Below, piece after piece: positions 1-13,900 of a stretch of DNA of 64,000 nucleotides (its first letter is position 1; each line of letters opens with the position of its first letter). The notes beneath the pieces were generated by a model. That model was given only the letters and a program-made list of their open reading frames with translations, searched no databases and was not told the origin of the DNA. A program made the translations under genes and the position numbers. The stretch is taken from NCBI GenBank assembly GCA_037447605.1, contig CM074815.1, positions 744,001-808,000 on the forward strand. The letters run 5' to 3'. The DNA is from Zygnema circumcarinatum SAG 698-1b. Lineage: Eukaryota; Plantae; Zygnematophyceae.

Positions 1-2323
1 CAACCGCTCGTTTCCTCTCCTACCCCCCTCGGCCTCCTCTCCCCTCCCTCCCTCCGTAGGGTCTGTGCAAAGGTCTGCAGTTCCCGCCATGGCTGCCGGT
101 TGAGAGGTTTTGGAGAGTTTTGGAGCTGCAAGGGCCCCCTTTCGGGACACGAGGCATCGGTGCTGGGAGAAGGGGTGCCTGTGAGGGAGGAGAGGGAGGA
201 GTGGGAAAGGGAGAGGGAGAGGGAGGAGGAGGATTCAAGGCCATGGCGGCTGGAAGCCGCGGAGAAGAGAGGCCACGACAGCGAGAAGGGCGGCCATGGT
301 TGCTGCAGCAGAGAATTGCCACGTGGCGCGGCCTGGCGCCACATGGCACGACGAGCGAGTGCCACGTGGAGGGAGCGGTGATGCCCGAGGGGGAATGCCC
401 AGGACCCGGATCCACGCGTGTCCAATAGGTGGACCTTGCCACGTTGATCTCCAATGGGAAGGCGCCACGGAAGCAGAAAAACTTCCTAATGCTCGACATG
501 GATTGGGTGGACCCGATTTTTGTGGAACCTGGAGCCTCCATGAGCCGTGGTAAAACGTGAACTGCCACATATAGCACTGTACGGCTGAATGGGGGAGGGG
601 GTGCGACCGTATGAAGGGTCCGCGTTGTAGCGTAACGGAGCTGCGTTCGACGGATCTGCGTCAGGTCAATTGTACTTGACATATGCCTCTTCCGTGTCAC
701 GGATCAACGGAATCCAGGAGCTGCCAACGGAGATTGAGAGAAGGCGGCGCCATGCGTTGGCGGCCCACGGAACAGCACACCATCCAGCAAGGCGCACTCG
801 GGAGCACCGCCTAAGGCCGCCGATTATCATTCGTTNNNNNNNNNNCCGGATCCTGGCTCTATGCTGCAGGCAGACCCACAGCACCACCCCAACCCTACGT
901 CAGTTTCAGCACGGACGCTCGGGTGGCCGTACAGCATCTGCGACTAGCTCAGCAATCTCCTTTTAACCCCACTTATCTTGTGCTACAGCGTCCAAGGGTC
1001 GTACGGACCGTACATGTGTACGAACCGTACGGGTGTACGAAAATGACGGCGCTGCATCTCCAAGGCCCAAGGGAAAATTCGGAGGGCTGCAACCGGGGGG
1101 ATCAGATTTAGCCCGGAGCGTACTAAATTCCCGAATTTAGTATACTAAAAGTCAAAGTTTCGTGTACGAATTCCGGGTCGGGATTCGTGGCTCCGCCGAA
1201 CCCAGCCGTACCGAAATGCGTACCTAGCCAATGCTCAACTCGCCCGACAGGCTTACTAAATTGATGTGCAGAATTTGTAAACCAAATTCATGTTAATGCA
1301 AAGAAACTTTTTGTGTGGTTCGTTGACTTAGGTGCTTCAAAACATATGGGGGTGACACTTCTCTCATTGCAGAAATACAACCTTTGGATAAAGCAAGTCC
1401 TGTCTTTCCAGCAACAAGAGATCAAATTGATCTCATACATAGTAAAACTGTTCAGTTGCTGCCTGTTAGAGAAGGCACAACTACCCAACTTAGAATTGGT
1501 AATGTCTTGCACACACCCACCTTACAGAACAATCTTTTTTTGTAAGCCTAGTGTGTGGCAAAAGTTATGAAAGGGGTTTTTAGAAAAAATCATGCAAAAT
1601 ATTGCATAGGAACCAAAAAATTCTGTGTACTGTATAGGGACTTAAAAGGGGGGTACTACTTAGACTGGCATAAGGATTCGATTAGGGAGATTAGATTTCG
1701 ATTAGGGAGTCAGTAGCAGTAGCGCGTGCCACGGACAGACGGATTTATTTGGGTAGTTAAGGTTCAAGGATTTTAAGGGTTAAGGATTGTTTTGCAATAA
1801 ATTGGACCCCACTGAAATCTATTCCACTTGCCTGAATCCAGTTCAATTAAACTCAACCTGTTCAACTCAATACAGTCAAAACCCAACTGATCTCCAGAGT
1901 TTATCCCAATGAACTTGAAAAAAACCAAAAAAATCATAAAATTTTATACAAGCCATCCAACCCCTGTACAAAGGTCCCATCCGCCTTAACCCTAATCTGC
2001 AGATCCTCACTAGACTCGACTAAATCCGCTGTACAAAGTGAACTGAAATACACTCACTTCCGGCCTCGAAACAATATGCTACTCAATTATTCGGGGTTCC
2101 TCACGTAACCCGCTCTAAAGAAGTTAGGAGTTTCGGCCCCAAATTAGGTCCCAAACTCTCGATTGCTATCAACCGAAACCTTTCCCCACTGTACAAGTAA
2201 ACTTCACGCAAAACTTGATGGCCTTTTCGTCGGACATCAACGAAAATTCCATCCTCTAATGCTAAATGTTAGACTCTCCAACGTCGCTATTTTCTCCTTA
2301 CATCCTTTCGAAAGTTCCAGCCC

Positions 2324-5300
2324 TTAAATTGATGATAGAAGTGTATGAACTCCGCTGATCAAAGCCAGAGTCTCGGCTTCAATTGGTGCAGCTGAAGCAG
2401 CGTTTAAAAGAGGCTCCACCACCGGCTCTACTATCACCGACTGCATCAGCTCCACTCCAAGATGGCACTGCTCGCTCGCTCTATGGCTGAACTTCTCCAG
2501 CCATGGCTGAAGGCGCACAAGGGAGTCCAGAACTGGCTGTGCTTGCACCATAGTCCAATTCATAGGGTCTGCACTTACCTCCGTCTGCTCCATAGCTAAG
2601 CCACTGATCTCCTGCATAGAGAGTAAGAAGGAGGTGGCTCTCTCTGCATAGGCCTCTATCTCACTCGCAGGTAGCATGCTGACATCCACCGGAACAGCGA
2701 AGCAGGAGGAGATGATGTAGTCCATGGCGGAGGCACCGAATGCTTCAATATCGACTGCTACTTGATTCGACGCCATCCCCCCATCGACAGCCGGAAGAAA
2801 CCCTAATTCCAATGGGCAAATCGCTGACCTCTCGAGAATAATGAGCTGCCTAGAGCCCAGAGGAGTGAACATCTCCATATTGGATACGGGTGTCAAGATG
2901 TTCGAGACATTTCGGGCTCTCTCTGAGAGAGCCATCAACACTTCTGCAGCTGAAGGAGGAAGCGTCTCCATTGTCTTCACCATTACGTCCATGGATGATC
3001 TACCCGGCTTTACCGCACCCACAAGCGACTCCATGGCTGGCAATGCAGCTTGGCACATAGAGCTTGCAACTGAGGATGCTTCAGCCCCTACAGCACCTAC
3101 TCCTGACACTACCAACTGTAGAGTCGAACTCACACTGCCCACTCCTGACCCAACCATTGCTCCTGCCCCTGCTCCGGCTGCCACTGCCACGCTGGTAATT
3201 GCCTGAACCGCAGCCCCTGCAGCTGCAGAGGCTGAGACAGCAGTTGCAGCACTTCCCGGAACAATATTACTCACAGCGGAGGAAGCCGATTGCAGTGCGG
3301 TAATAGCAGGTAGAGCAGATTCCGCTGCCATGACAGAGCTCACAGCTTGCGAGACGCCGGAGGCAACAGGGGCCACTGATGCCACAACAGAGCTTTGCAG
3401 TCCCACAGCAGCACTAGTTGCTACAGGTACTGTAGCAGTGACTGCGCCCTGAATCACCGCTGTAGCGGATGGAAGAACGCCTCCCGCTGCAGAAACCGTT
3501 GCTTGAATAGCAGACCCTGCAGCAGCTGTTCCTGAAGAAACTGCCGCAGCCGGAGCTGTAGCAGCAGCAGCAGCAGCCTGAAGGGCAGACCCAGCAGCTT
3601 GACTTACAGGGACAGCCACTCCCTGCATTGCACTGCCTGCAGCTTGAATTGCTCCCCCTCCCACAGCCTGAACGCTTCCTAACACAGCCCCACTGGCTGC
3701 ATTTAGGGTTCCCCCCACCCCAGCAACAGAGCCTGTTTGAATTGCCCCTAAGCCTGCACTTGAAGCAACATGGGCAGCAGTAGTTGTACCTACTCCTGCA
3801 CCTGCTCCTCCAGTCAAGCCTGCTCCCACTGCTCCGGGCACTGACCCAGCTGCAACTCCCGCTCCTACACCTCCACTAACGGCAGACCCAGTAGCAGCAA
3901 TGGGAGCCCCAACTGTAGCTCCACCTACTACACTCCCACCTGCTGTAGCTCCCCCTACTACACTCCCACCTGCTGTAGCTCCACCTACTACACTCCCACC
4001 TGCTGTAGCTCCACCTACTACACTCCCACCTGCTGTAGCTCCACCTACTACACTCCCACCTGCTGTAGCTCCACCTACTACACTCCCACCTGCTGTAGCT
4101 CCTCCAGCTGCAACTCCGCCTCCTGTAGTAGCTGCTCCCACTCCTCCTGCAACTGCACTTGCTGCTGTCCCTCCGACTGTAGTACCCCCTAGAGCTCCAC
4201 CTGTAGCTGTACCTGTAGCAGCAGGAACAGCATAGCTCCCAGCCCCTACAGCAGCTACAGGTCCTGAGCCTGCTGCTGCTACAGCACTCCCTGCCACCTT
4301 CGCTCCGGCTCCCATACCAGCACTGCCTCCTTTAGCAGTCACCATAGCAGCATTCACACTTTCACCCATACCCCGGGCCTTAGACAGAATCTCCTGAGCC
4401 TGGTTTGCGTAGAATGGGAATTTCAGCTGCGTCTGAAGGAAGGCACTCGGGAGAGTGTCTGGGTTGGGTCCTCCCCCCTCCTCCTTCTCCTGCTCCGTCT
4501 CCTCCTCTGCTGTCGTATGCACTAACGATCCTTCACCAATTGTCTCCTCTACACCTCTCGAATCGACCTGCCGTAACTGCTCATGCGCCGCAGCAATTGA
4601 CGGAGTCTCAGATGTCAAACTTTGCTCTCCTATGCTTGAACTCGAAACCACTGGTAAGTCTTTAATTGGTAGGGTCTGCCCCATCATGCTGTTCTCCAAT
4701 TGCGCACCGTCAAATGCAAATGCTGTTTTCGGTACGGGAAAATCAAAAGCGGTCTCTTCAAGTGGAACACCAGCATCTGAAATTCTTCTCCCCCAATCCA
4801 TAGCTGTCGCTTCTTTCCCTTTTCCTTCAGATGCAGGGCCATCAGGTTTGGTCACTTCTTCCTTTACTGCCTTAGTCTCTACTTCCGACCTGGACAGTTC
4901 CTTTGACTCTGGGGCAGTCATCCAAGCAAAGCAGGTCGCCCCCATAACGAGTGCTGTACTTGCCAGCACTTCCTCCAAAGAGGGAAGGCCTCCTCGACCA
5001 ATGACTAAACTAGTCATTAAGCCGCCCCAAACAGGAATTGTAGTGAAGATGAGTGTAGCAGTTGATGCATGAACATTCCGCAGACCCGTCAGTTCGGCCC
5101 ACCCTCCAACGCCTGCCACAACATGCATCCATGTGCAACACCACCCCCTATTGAAGTCAGCTCCATGTAAAGGTGAGGTGAGGTGAGGTGAGGTGGGAAG
5201 TTAGCGGCCTCTTCAAATGACGAGTGCGGAATTTATTAGTTACTCCAGAGAAAACACTCCAGCTAGAACACTGATTGATCAATAGTACTCAGATTACTGT

Positions 5301-8062
5301 TTCATCCATTTGGAGGCGATGGAAGCCCGACATGCAGAATTCTATAAAGATCTCAATGAATGATTACGATCAATGTACGTAACATCGAAATCTCAGCTCA
5401 CTGGTGCCCAAAACTCATCAAGAATGATAAGACGAACAAAAAAGCAACTGATCCTCCAGCTTTTACCCCTCAAAGCCAACAACAATACAAAAATGAAAAA
5501 GAAAAAAAAAAATAGGGGGGGACGAAAAAAAGAACTGCCGCTGAACTACTACCTCCTGCAAGGAGCCCACTGTAGAGCAGTGGCCCCCATGGAAGCTGAG
5601 GCAAAACATCCTCAAGTTGCTGAACCTGCTGCAGGCCCCCTATAGTCCAACCCTCCCATACAAGGGAAACAAGGAACATAAAGACCATTTGAATGGCGGT
5701 CAGCTTCAAAGGGTCGAAGCGCAAGCACAGCATCTCCGCTCGAAAGATCTGAACGCCAAAGAAGGTGCCACTGAGAACTCCCATAACATCCTCCAATTTG
5801 GGAATCATTAAGTCCCAATTCCACTGCCCGGACTCCTTTAAGAAAAGCATGCCTGCTCAACACAACATGACAAAGAAAGGTAGGTTGGTGCATGATCACA
5901 TGGAACAGGGTTAGGTTCCCAGCTCAAACTAGCCGAAAAGTTTGAACAGGCATGGTTATGTGAGGGTTATAGAGACAACAATTGAGGTGATTCAGACATG
6001 GCAAATTTGCCGCAGAAGGACACATAGCAACATGCAGCGGTTCAATCTTTACATTCTAGTAGCTTAGCATGGGGAACAGCTCCATGTGTTGTAAGGAACA
6101 TTGAAGTTTTCGGAAACACTCGGACGCGTGTAAGGGAATACGCCAACAGGAGATATTGCGACTATTCCATATTTCCGGACTACAATCCGTCCCGAACTAG
6201 CACGTTCTGCAGTCAAAGAAACTCGTAGAAAGGTGGAAACTTGTGTGCTTACCCGAAAGAGCAGCGAGAGTAGCCAACCATGTCGACTTACTGATCTTCC
6301 GACGGCCCGTAAATATCTCCAGAAGAGGCACCAGCACCACCTACAGCAAAATAAGTAAAAACAGGAAAGTCAAAGCACATCAAGACAACAAATGAACGAG
6401 GTGGGAGGCCTAAGATGTCTGAATCTCCAGACAAAGTGGACTTTGTCATAGTAAAGCGCTTCCTTAGAGGCCAGACTGTCAAGACACCTATAGCGCTGTT
6501 CGTACGACGGCAGGAATAAGAAATCAGATTCAGCCAAAAAGTGGCATTTCTTGATCTAACCACGTCTAACTATTTACAAGTACGCACTCCAGGCATCACG
6601 AAGGGAAACGAGATCATTCACAGTCCCACCCCTCATCTCAACCACAATCATCCCAGCCATCCAATCAACAAAAACTCACTGTGAATGCCAGCAACAGCGA
6701 AGCATTGCTCGATGCAGACGCGCCTCCAAGGCCTACTGTCTGCGTAATGATGCCCGCCATAAGCCATAGCGCTAGCTCCAAACCTGCAAAGACCATCCCT
6801 TTCTCTTCTTTCGACATTCTGCTGTTGAATGTGTCCACCAAAGCCGGTGAAAAGGCGAGCGCTGCAGCTCCGAACTTGATGACGCAGGCCAAGCTGGCGG
6901 GCGGACTGACAGCAGCTGCTTCAGTGAATTTCATAGCCACCGCATTGGAGCCGTAAAGGGCGGCAAGACAATTGAGCAGCATGATGCCATTCCATCGACT
7001 GTCCATGGCTGCAGATGTCATCTGCCCCGCCGTAACAATACAGACAAATAGTGAATAAACCTTCGCATGTATCGATCATTATCATGATTCATTCACATCA
7101 CCATAGCACATCATGAGGAGAAGCAGCTTGACACATCAGCTCATACTTTTTGAAGTCGCAGAAAACTCTAGGATCTGCCTGTTCTTGCGTTTCAGATACC
7201 AAAACAGCCTTCTTATCGGCCCTAATTGAAGCTTTCTGTTGCTTACTCTCATAATATCCAAAGCTTGCGCTGTCTTGTCCTCCTCCTTCTCCTCCTCTTC
7301 CTTGCCCCCCTCCTTCTTCCACATCTCCCTCTTAGCTATTGCGGCTGCTTTCCGCATAGACAGCCCTGTCACACGCCAATCTTCCTTATTGCTGCGAGCA
7401 GGTACAAACGTATCATTTGGGTCCTTTTTCTTGTCCCTCTTAAACTCTCTCCCTTGCTGCTGTTCTCTAGTTTGGTCACCATCCGTATAAAAAGTAACGC
7501 TTCTTGCATGAGTGGCCGAGTCCGTGGGTTCTTCTGCAAACCCATCAAAGAAATATACTTTTCTGCTCTCAGATTCGCCAGCTGTCTGCCGATTCTCCTT
7601 TTCTGCAAAACTATCGTCGTCACTGGTAAACAAAAAATGCTCGGCGTTCTCCTCTCTTCTTCGACGCCTGAACGGAAAAAAGTCCTTCCAAGATTGTTGC
7701 AAACCGTTCCATCTTGCACTGCCAACCCTAACAGACCTGTTGGAAGCCATACCTCCTCTAAAAAAGCGGGAGGCACCACAAATACTGCAGAAGCACGACC
7801 TCGTTTGAGCCTTGCAAGGAAAGCCCGTCAATCTGCTATTGCTTCTGCAGATGCCGCTCATCAAATGCTTGTTCACCGTCAACTGTCCCTGCGATATTTT
7901 TACAATACGACTCCCCAATCTCACGCTTTCACATGAAAATCTTCCATCTCTTTGCGCTTCTTTCCTGAAATCAAGCCTATGTGAAGGGCCTCTACTCAGA
8001 AACGTGGAATTTCGTGGCATCTCGCAGGATTTGCAGGAATCGAGCGCCGCCATGCGCTCCAT
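2324..8062 (-). CDS. EamA/DMT-family transporter with N-terminal extension and long low-complexity C-terminal tail. Exons 8062-7147, 7008-6680, 6340-6253, 5852-5553, 5112-2324 (~1473 aa)
   Basis: All four introns are GT-AG and phases agree. The spliced hydrophobic core (LLNCLAALYGSNAVAMKF...QTVGLGGASASSNASLLLAFT|VVLVPLLEIFTGRRK...GTFFGVQIFRAE...GPLLYSGLLAG|GVGGWAELTGLRNVHASTATLIFTTIPVWG) resembles two EamA repeats. Confidence 0.85.
3921..4100 (-). repeat. Coding 30-bp tandem repeat x6 (AGGSVVGGAT)
   Basis: ccacctactacactcccacctgctgtagct units start at 3921, 3951, 3981, 4011, 4041 and 4071. Confidence 0.95.
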
Positions 8063-9359
8063 ATCTATTTGCGCTTCACAGACAGCAAGCAGCCTAAACA
8101 GACTGCCAGGGAATTAAACCAACAAGTTAAACCTCTAAAAGTGCGCTGTTGGCTCGATCAGGACTAGGGTATCCAATAGCAGAATCAGCAAAAGGAAAAG
8201 GACCTTTCCATGCACCCAAGGAAGTCCTGCTCAAAAGTATATTTGCTTCTATTGCATCACAGCTCGACTGCAGTATCGCACCACCTTCCAAATAACTCCA
8301 ATACAGGCAAGTTTCAAGTACTTCAGTTGTACATGCAGCTTTCGAATGACCTTCCATGCAAAGATAAAGATATGAAGGTCTGCAGGATTTGAAGGTCCGA
8401 GCAGGACAGAGCGAGTCCAGATAGCGGCACATCCCTCAGAGTCATTTGGCTGCTGGAAGCACAGCTGTCAATTCGGGTACCATAAAAGGGGTATATAAAA
8501 TTTTGGTGATTTTTCAGCCAATCACATGCCAGCTCGCTTCGCAGATTGCGGCGGGACATAGCATATTTCAATAAGGATTTGCCACGTGTACCTATTGTAC
8601 ACGTTTCGAATCGTGATTGGGGACTTTTCGAATCCGTGTTTTCGTGACGGGAGCGGTCGCCGCCAGTCGTGGGCGGAACCTTTTCGGAACCGATTCTTCG
8701 AATCTGCGCGATTTCGTGACCAATTTCCAAACCGGCGACGGTCGGCAGTGGCCGGCAACGGCGCGCAGTGGCTTGGTGGCGCAGGAAGCTGCCGGCCGCC
8801 GGAGAAAGCTGCCGACTGGCCAAAACTCTGCCGGCCGGCGCGGATCTTTTCGGCTTTGTCCAGGGCCTGTGCCGACAGAAAAAGATTTGGACTTTGCGGC
8901 CGCGGCGGGCCTTTACAGGCGGACGCGTGAGGGCTCGACACGTGGCAGGGAAAGGGCGGCGATGTGGATAGGCTTGGCGCGCAGCGAGGCAGCCTCCGAT
9001 TGGAGGGTAAACTTCCAAGTGGAATCAGATCAACACTTGCATAGGCTCGCAGGTTGTTTGTGTTGTAGGTTTGTTTCGTTTTTGGGTTGATCCTAGTGGC
9101 GGCGGTTGATTTCCTCGTGGTTCTCTCGCCATGTTGTTTGTGTCCGTGTGCACGATGCTCTTTGGCTTAAGCCGACATTCGTGATTGAGTGATTGATTCC
9201 GTGGATTTGGGAGGGCCGAAGTCTCTTTTTTAGCTTAGGCGTTGGCAATTGAAGGCATGCAATGACAAGCCCTGAAAGACTACGGTAGGCCAATCGCAGC
9301 GTCCAATGTGTCAGACTCCAGAGTAGCGGGGGTTTAAAAGTTTCTTTAGGCGCCGCAAA

Positions 9360-9475
9360 CCAGTTCCAGTTCAGCCGTTCAGTCCAGTCCAGTCCAGTCC
9401 AGTTCAGTGCAGTTCAGCTTTCTATCCAGTTCAGTTCAAGCGCAGTTCAGTTTACAGTTCAGTTTAGTTCATCCA
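9360..9475. repeat. Degenerate (CAGTY)n pentamer repeat
   Basis: Runs of cagtc/cagtt are directly visible. Confidence 0.8.
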
Positions 9476-10322
9476 GCAACGGAATCACGCTGACGATTGT
9501 CAAGTGCCCCTGCTTGGAGCGTTGGAGCGTTGCCGGCTCCGTCCCCTCTGGCTCTGTGACGCCTGCCGGCGATTAATGTTTTTAGGGTTTTTATGGGATT
9601 TCCCTATGCTGCTTTTGTGCATGTACATTCGATGGCATCATGGCCATCGTGATTTCAATGCCACATCCCCGTCCATAACACCCATACGGTACCCCAACCA
9701 TAGACCCTACCCCCTCTCAACTCACAAGGCGCGACTCTCCAAGAACTACAACTGATGAAGGGATGAGGGACGAGAGGTCACCGCGTTGGGGACCGCGGGA
9801 CCACCGACAGGACGGAGTGGACTCGCCGGCCACTAGGCGCCACGTAGGTGAAGTCGGGTTCCACGGTGACCTCAAACACGCCGAGTCAAGTTGAACTCCC
9901 GCAATGAAGAAACGACCTTCCTTCCCTCCTCCCACATTTAACCACTTAGCAGTCAAACAAATCCAATAGCGATTCGACACGTGGTCCTGAGGCGAGTCGC
10001 GATTGATCATTCTTTGAACTCGACTTGCCGGGTTGCACTGTGAGCTCAAACACGCCGAGGCAAGTTGAACTCGACTCCCGCAATGGAGAACGACCTTCCT
10101 TCCCCGCCCCGCGAGCGGCGCTTCCGACCGTTGCGCCTGCTGCCGCTGCCTCTGCCGCGGCCACGTGGTAGCCTCTTGTCGTTGTCTTTGCGTTTTCCTG
10201 TCGCGTGTCTTGCTGCATTGTTCTGTTTTTGTTGTTTGTGTTTCTTTTCGTTTTTTGTTTTTTGTTTTTGGTTGTTTTGCTGCTGTTTTGCTGCGGTTTT
10301 TTCTGTTCTAACNNNNNNNNNN

Positions 10323-10830
10323 CTCCACCTCTGTTTCCCTATCCCTTCCCTTCCAATCCCTTCCTTTGTCCTGCCCCTTCCTTTTCCTTCTCCCCCCCCC
10401 CTTCTCATTTCCCCTCCCCTTCCTTTCTCCCTTCCCTTCCCTTCCCTTCCCTCTTTCCTCCCCGTTTCTCCTCCTCTCCTTTCCTTTCCCTCCTCCCTTC
10501 CTTTCCCATCCCCTTCCTTTCCCGTATTCCCCCCTTTCTTCTCCCTTCTCTCTTCTCTTTCCTGTCCCTTTTCTTCCCTCCTCTTCCCTTCCCTTTCCTC
10601 CCCCCCCCCCGCCTCCTCTCCCTTTCTTTCCCTCCCCTTCCTCTACCCCTTCCCTTCCATCCCCTTCCCTTATCCTTTCCCCTTTCCCTTCTTTTCCGTA
10701 CCCTTATTCCTCTCGCCATTCCTTTCCTTTCCTCTCCCTCCCCTTCCCGTCCCTTCCCTTCTCTTCCCTACCCTTCCTTCCCCTTTCTCCTCCCCGCCCA
10801 CCCGCTTCCCTTCCCTCATCCATTCCCTTC
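10323..10830. repeat. CT-rich low-complexity pyrimidine tract next to an N gap
   Basis: Almost only C/T on the + strand. Confidence 0.85.
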
Positions 10831-10979
10831 TCCTTCGTCATGCCTCTTCGTCGCTCCTCTCGTTCCCCTTCCCCTTCCCACCCCCTTGCCTTGTCATCTG
10901 CTGTTGCTCTTCCCCCTCCTGTCCGTTCTTCCCCTCTTCCTTCTTCCCCTCCCGCTGCTCGCCCCAGGCCTCTCCCCCG

Positions 10980-13900
10980 GGTTCCTTGTGATCATTGTGG
11001 AAATTGTTTTGGTCAGGGTGCGGGTTTGTCCCGGCATATGCGGCGCGTGTCCTCTTACGTCCTCCTCCATTTATGCGACCCTTCTTCTCTCCCTCTTCTT
11101 CTCTACCCGTCACTTTGCCACCCACAGGTCTACCACTTTTGCATGTTGGGCCCTGAATCGGCTTCTGCTTGAGTATGCTCGGTCTTTAGATGTCCTTGGG
11201 TCGTTTTGTTGGGTCCACGTCGTCCTGCGTCTTTGCGGCTCGTATCCACGGGCTTTGCGTGTTTAATGATTGCATTGATGCTTCTGCGTTTGCCTCTTGC
11301 TTTCGTCTTGCGTGTTCTTGATCATCAGAGATATTCTTTGCCTTGGCATGTCCTTCTTCTTTTCCCCTTTGGGTTTTAATTTTGCCTGACGCAGGGCCAT
11401 TGCCGTTCAGCGAGACCGTCAGCCCGATGTCTTGCGTTTTGGGTGGGGATTGCAGGGCTGCGAGCGAACGCGGCCCGTCGCGTGGGTACTTTGTCGGCGT
11501 CTGCGCCCTTTCATCGCCCTCCTTTGAGGACGCCTCCGCTCGACATGGGCAGTTCAATTAGGCGATGCGGTTAATCTCCCGTATTTGCTTTCGCGCTCTT
11601 TGACCCTTCGCCGCCCGGCCAGCAACGCGACACTTTGGATCGCCGCCGGACTCTCTCCATCCGGATCTTTCGCGAGATATCCTTCCTTCGCCGACACTTT
11701 TGAGCCCATCGGCTTCGTTTTGTGCTTGTCGTGCGCTTTCATTGAGCTTACTGCATCCCCCCTCATTTGTCTGGGGGCAGCCGGGCATAGTTTATGAGTT
11801 GCCGTGATGTGTTTTCTCCAGACACCGGGGATAGTGGGTTTGGTTTGCTTTTTCAGCTTGCTTGTGTCATGCTCGGCGAGTGCGTGTTCCCTAGATCCGT
11901 GAGTCATATTCTTCACGTCCAGCTCGTTTGGTTGCCGCTTGCCAAGAAACTTTGCAGGGGTTAAGCCCCATATAGCGGTAGGGGAGGTTTGGCAGCGTAT
12001 GCTATGGTTGTTGCTTTCGGCGCTATGTGTTTCGATTCTGAGGGGGCCCCTTCGAGGTCATTTTTCCCCTTACCAGTTTGGTGTGGCGACCCCTGGGGGC
12101 TGCGAGGCCGTAGTTCGTGGCATTCGTGCGACGTTAGATCTTCACCCTCATTGGGTTGTTTTGCAGGTTGATGTGACAAACGCTTTTAATACGGTGGATC
12201 GTCATGAGATTTTTTGCGAGTTACGAGAGGCCCTTGCACCGATTGCGTCCCTTTTTCCTTTTGTGCGCACATTTTATTCTCGTTCGAGCCCGCTCCTTTT
12301 TCCTCTTGGCGATGCATCTGGTGGAGTGGCGACCTTGGAGTCTGCGACCGGGACCCGCCAAGCGCCCCTTTAGGAGGTCCTTTATTCGCTTTGGCGCACA
12401 TTCGTGCGCTTCGGGCTTCGGCACAGGCTTTTCCAAGCTGCCTTCTCCCATCAGTGGCCGACGATACTCATATCATTGGCCCTGCTGACGTGACCAGGTC
12501 GTTGCGCGTTTGCACTGATTTTACTACTCGATTGGCAGCTATCGTTTGATAAATTTGGCCGAAGTGTTTTGCTTGGTCTCGGTTGGTATCCCTTCTACGC
12601 TTTAAACTCCTTGGTATCAGGACTTGTCTTTGATGGAATTGAGGCCGATACGTGTTTTAGGCTGCCCTTTCGGCGTTGCATCTTATGTTGATCGTTGTGT
12701 TGATGATGCTGAGGTTGAGGATACGTCTCAGGTCGAAGAGCTTCCACATCTTTCAGATCCTAAAGTGGCTTTTTCTTTGCTTACTCGTTGTTTTGCTTTG
12801 CGTCCGTCATACCTTTTGCGTACTCTCCCTCCTAACCCTGCTTTCCTTGAGTCATTGCAATCTTCGATGGCGTTTGTTTTAAGTATGTCATAAAGCCTTT
12901 TGGGTCTGGTATTGTTTTGATGCGACGAGATCGCTTGCCGTCGCAAAGCCTGCGCTCCCCTATTTAGTGGTTTAGGACTCATCCGACAATTAGGTGTGGC
13001 CTTACGCGTTTTGGGTAGTTGGGCTCTCGTTACTCCCTATTTGGCTTAGCGTTTGGTAGCTGGCTGATCGTCCGTTGCTTGATCTGTTGTCGCTCATGTT
13101 GATGATGGTGATCTTCCGTTTGAGGAGGTTGCATTCTGCGTGGCGCCCATGGTTTTGCTTCTGCTAGTGCTCGGGCTTCGTCGCCCCGTTTGCCGCTTGC
13201 GTCGATGCGATTCCGCGTGTCAACTCACTTTGGTGATGAGGTTGTTCTTTCTTTGAGTTCTCTACCCTTATTGCGGCTCTTCCTTACGATGTTCTTGCGT
13301 GCTGCGGCGGCGCGTATGGCGGGTCACAGAACGAGGCGGTTGGCGGCTGTTACCCGATATTTTCCACCGCCGTTTGACCCCAGGCGGTTTCAGCTTGCGG
13401 TAGCGACCGTCTCGGGCTCCCCATCCGCCATTGCAGGGTTCTCCTCGTTGTGTTTGTGGTGATTCGATTGATGCGCCCAGAGCGTTCATCTGCGCCGATG
13501 TGCACCGCGAGGCGAAACGCATTTTGGCTCGCAATGTTGTCGCGGCGATGCGTTGCTGCGGTGGCTCCAGGCTATTTACCTTGTGCGGCGGGGCGAGCCA
13601 CCCTGTGTCCCACGGCCGACTGGCCATTGGCGGCGGAGTTAAGCCCTGATTTGTAGCTCTTATGGATGGTGCCGGTATTTTTTGGGGATATTGGTGGCGA
13701 TCCAACCCGTCGCGTTTATTGTCGCGTGCGGCACATCAGCGAAGGCATTGGCTGCTTTCGCGTCGACCCCGCGCCATGAGGAAGCGTCGTATGCTCCTGA
13801 TGATGCAGCCGACGGGTTTGTTCCTATGGCTGTGAGATTTTTGGCTGCCTCGACACCCGTTTGGATACCTTCCTTAGCCGGTCGCCCATACCGGCTCTTT

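Noticed and set aside
20-700. Overlapping GC-rich ORFs at the window start
   Set aside because: No recognisable domain. It may be the 5' end or promoter of a gene running off the left edge but cannot be supported.
10046-11266. Long Pro/Phe/Ser ORFs
   Set aside because: Mostly CT low complexity across an N gap; only the zinc-finger fragment was kept, as part of the retrotransposon.
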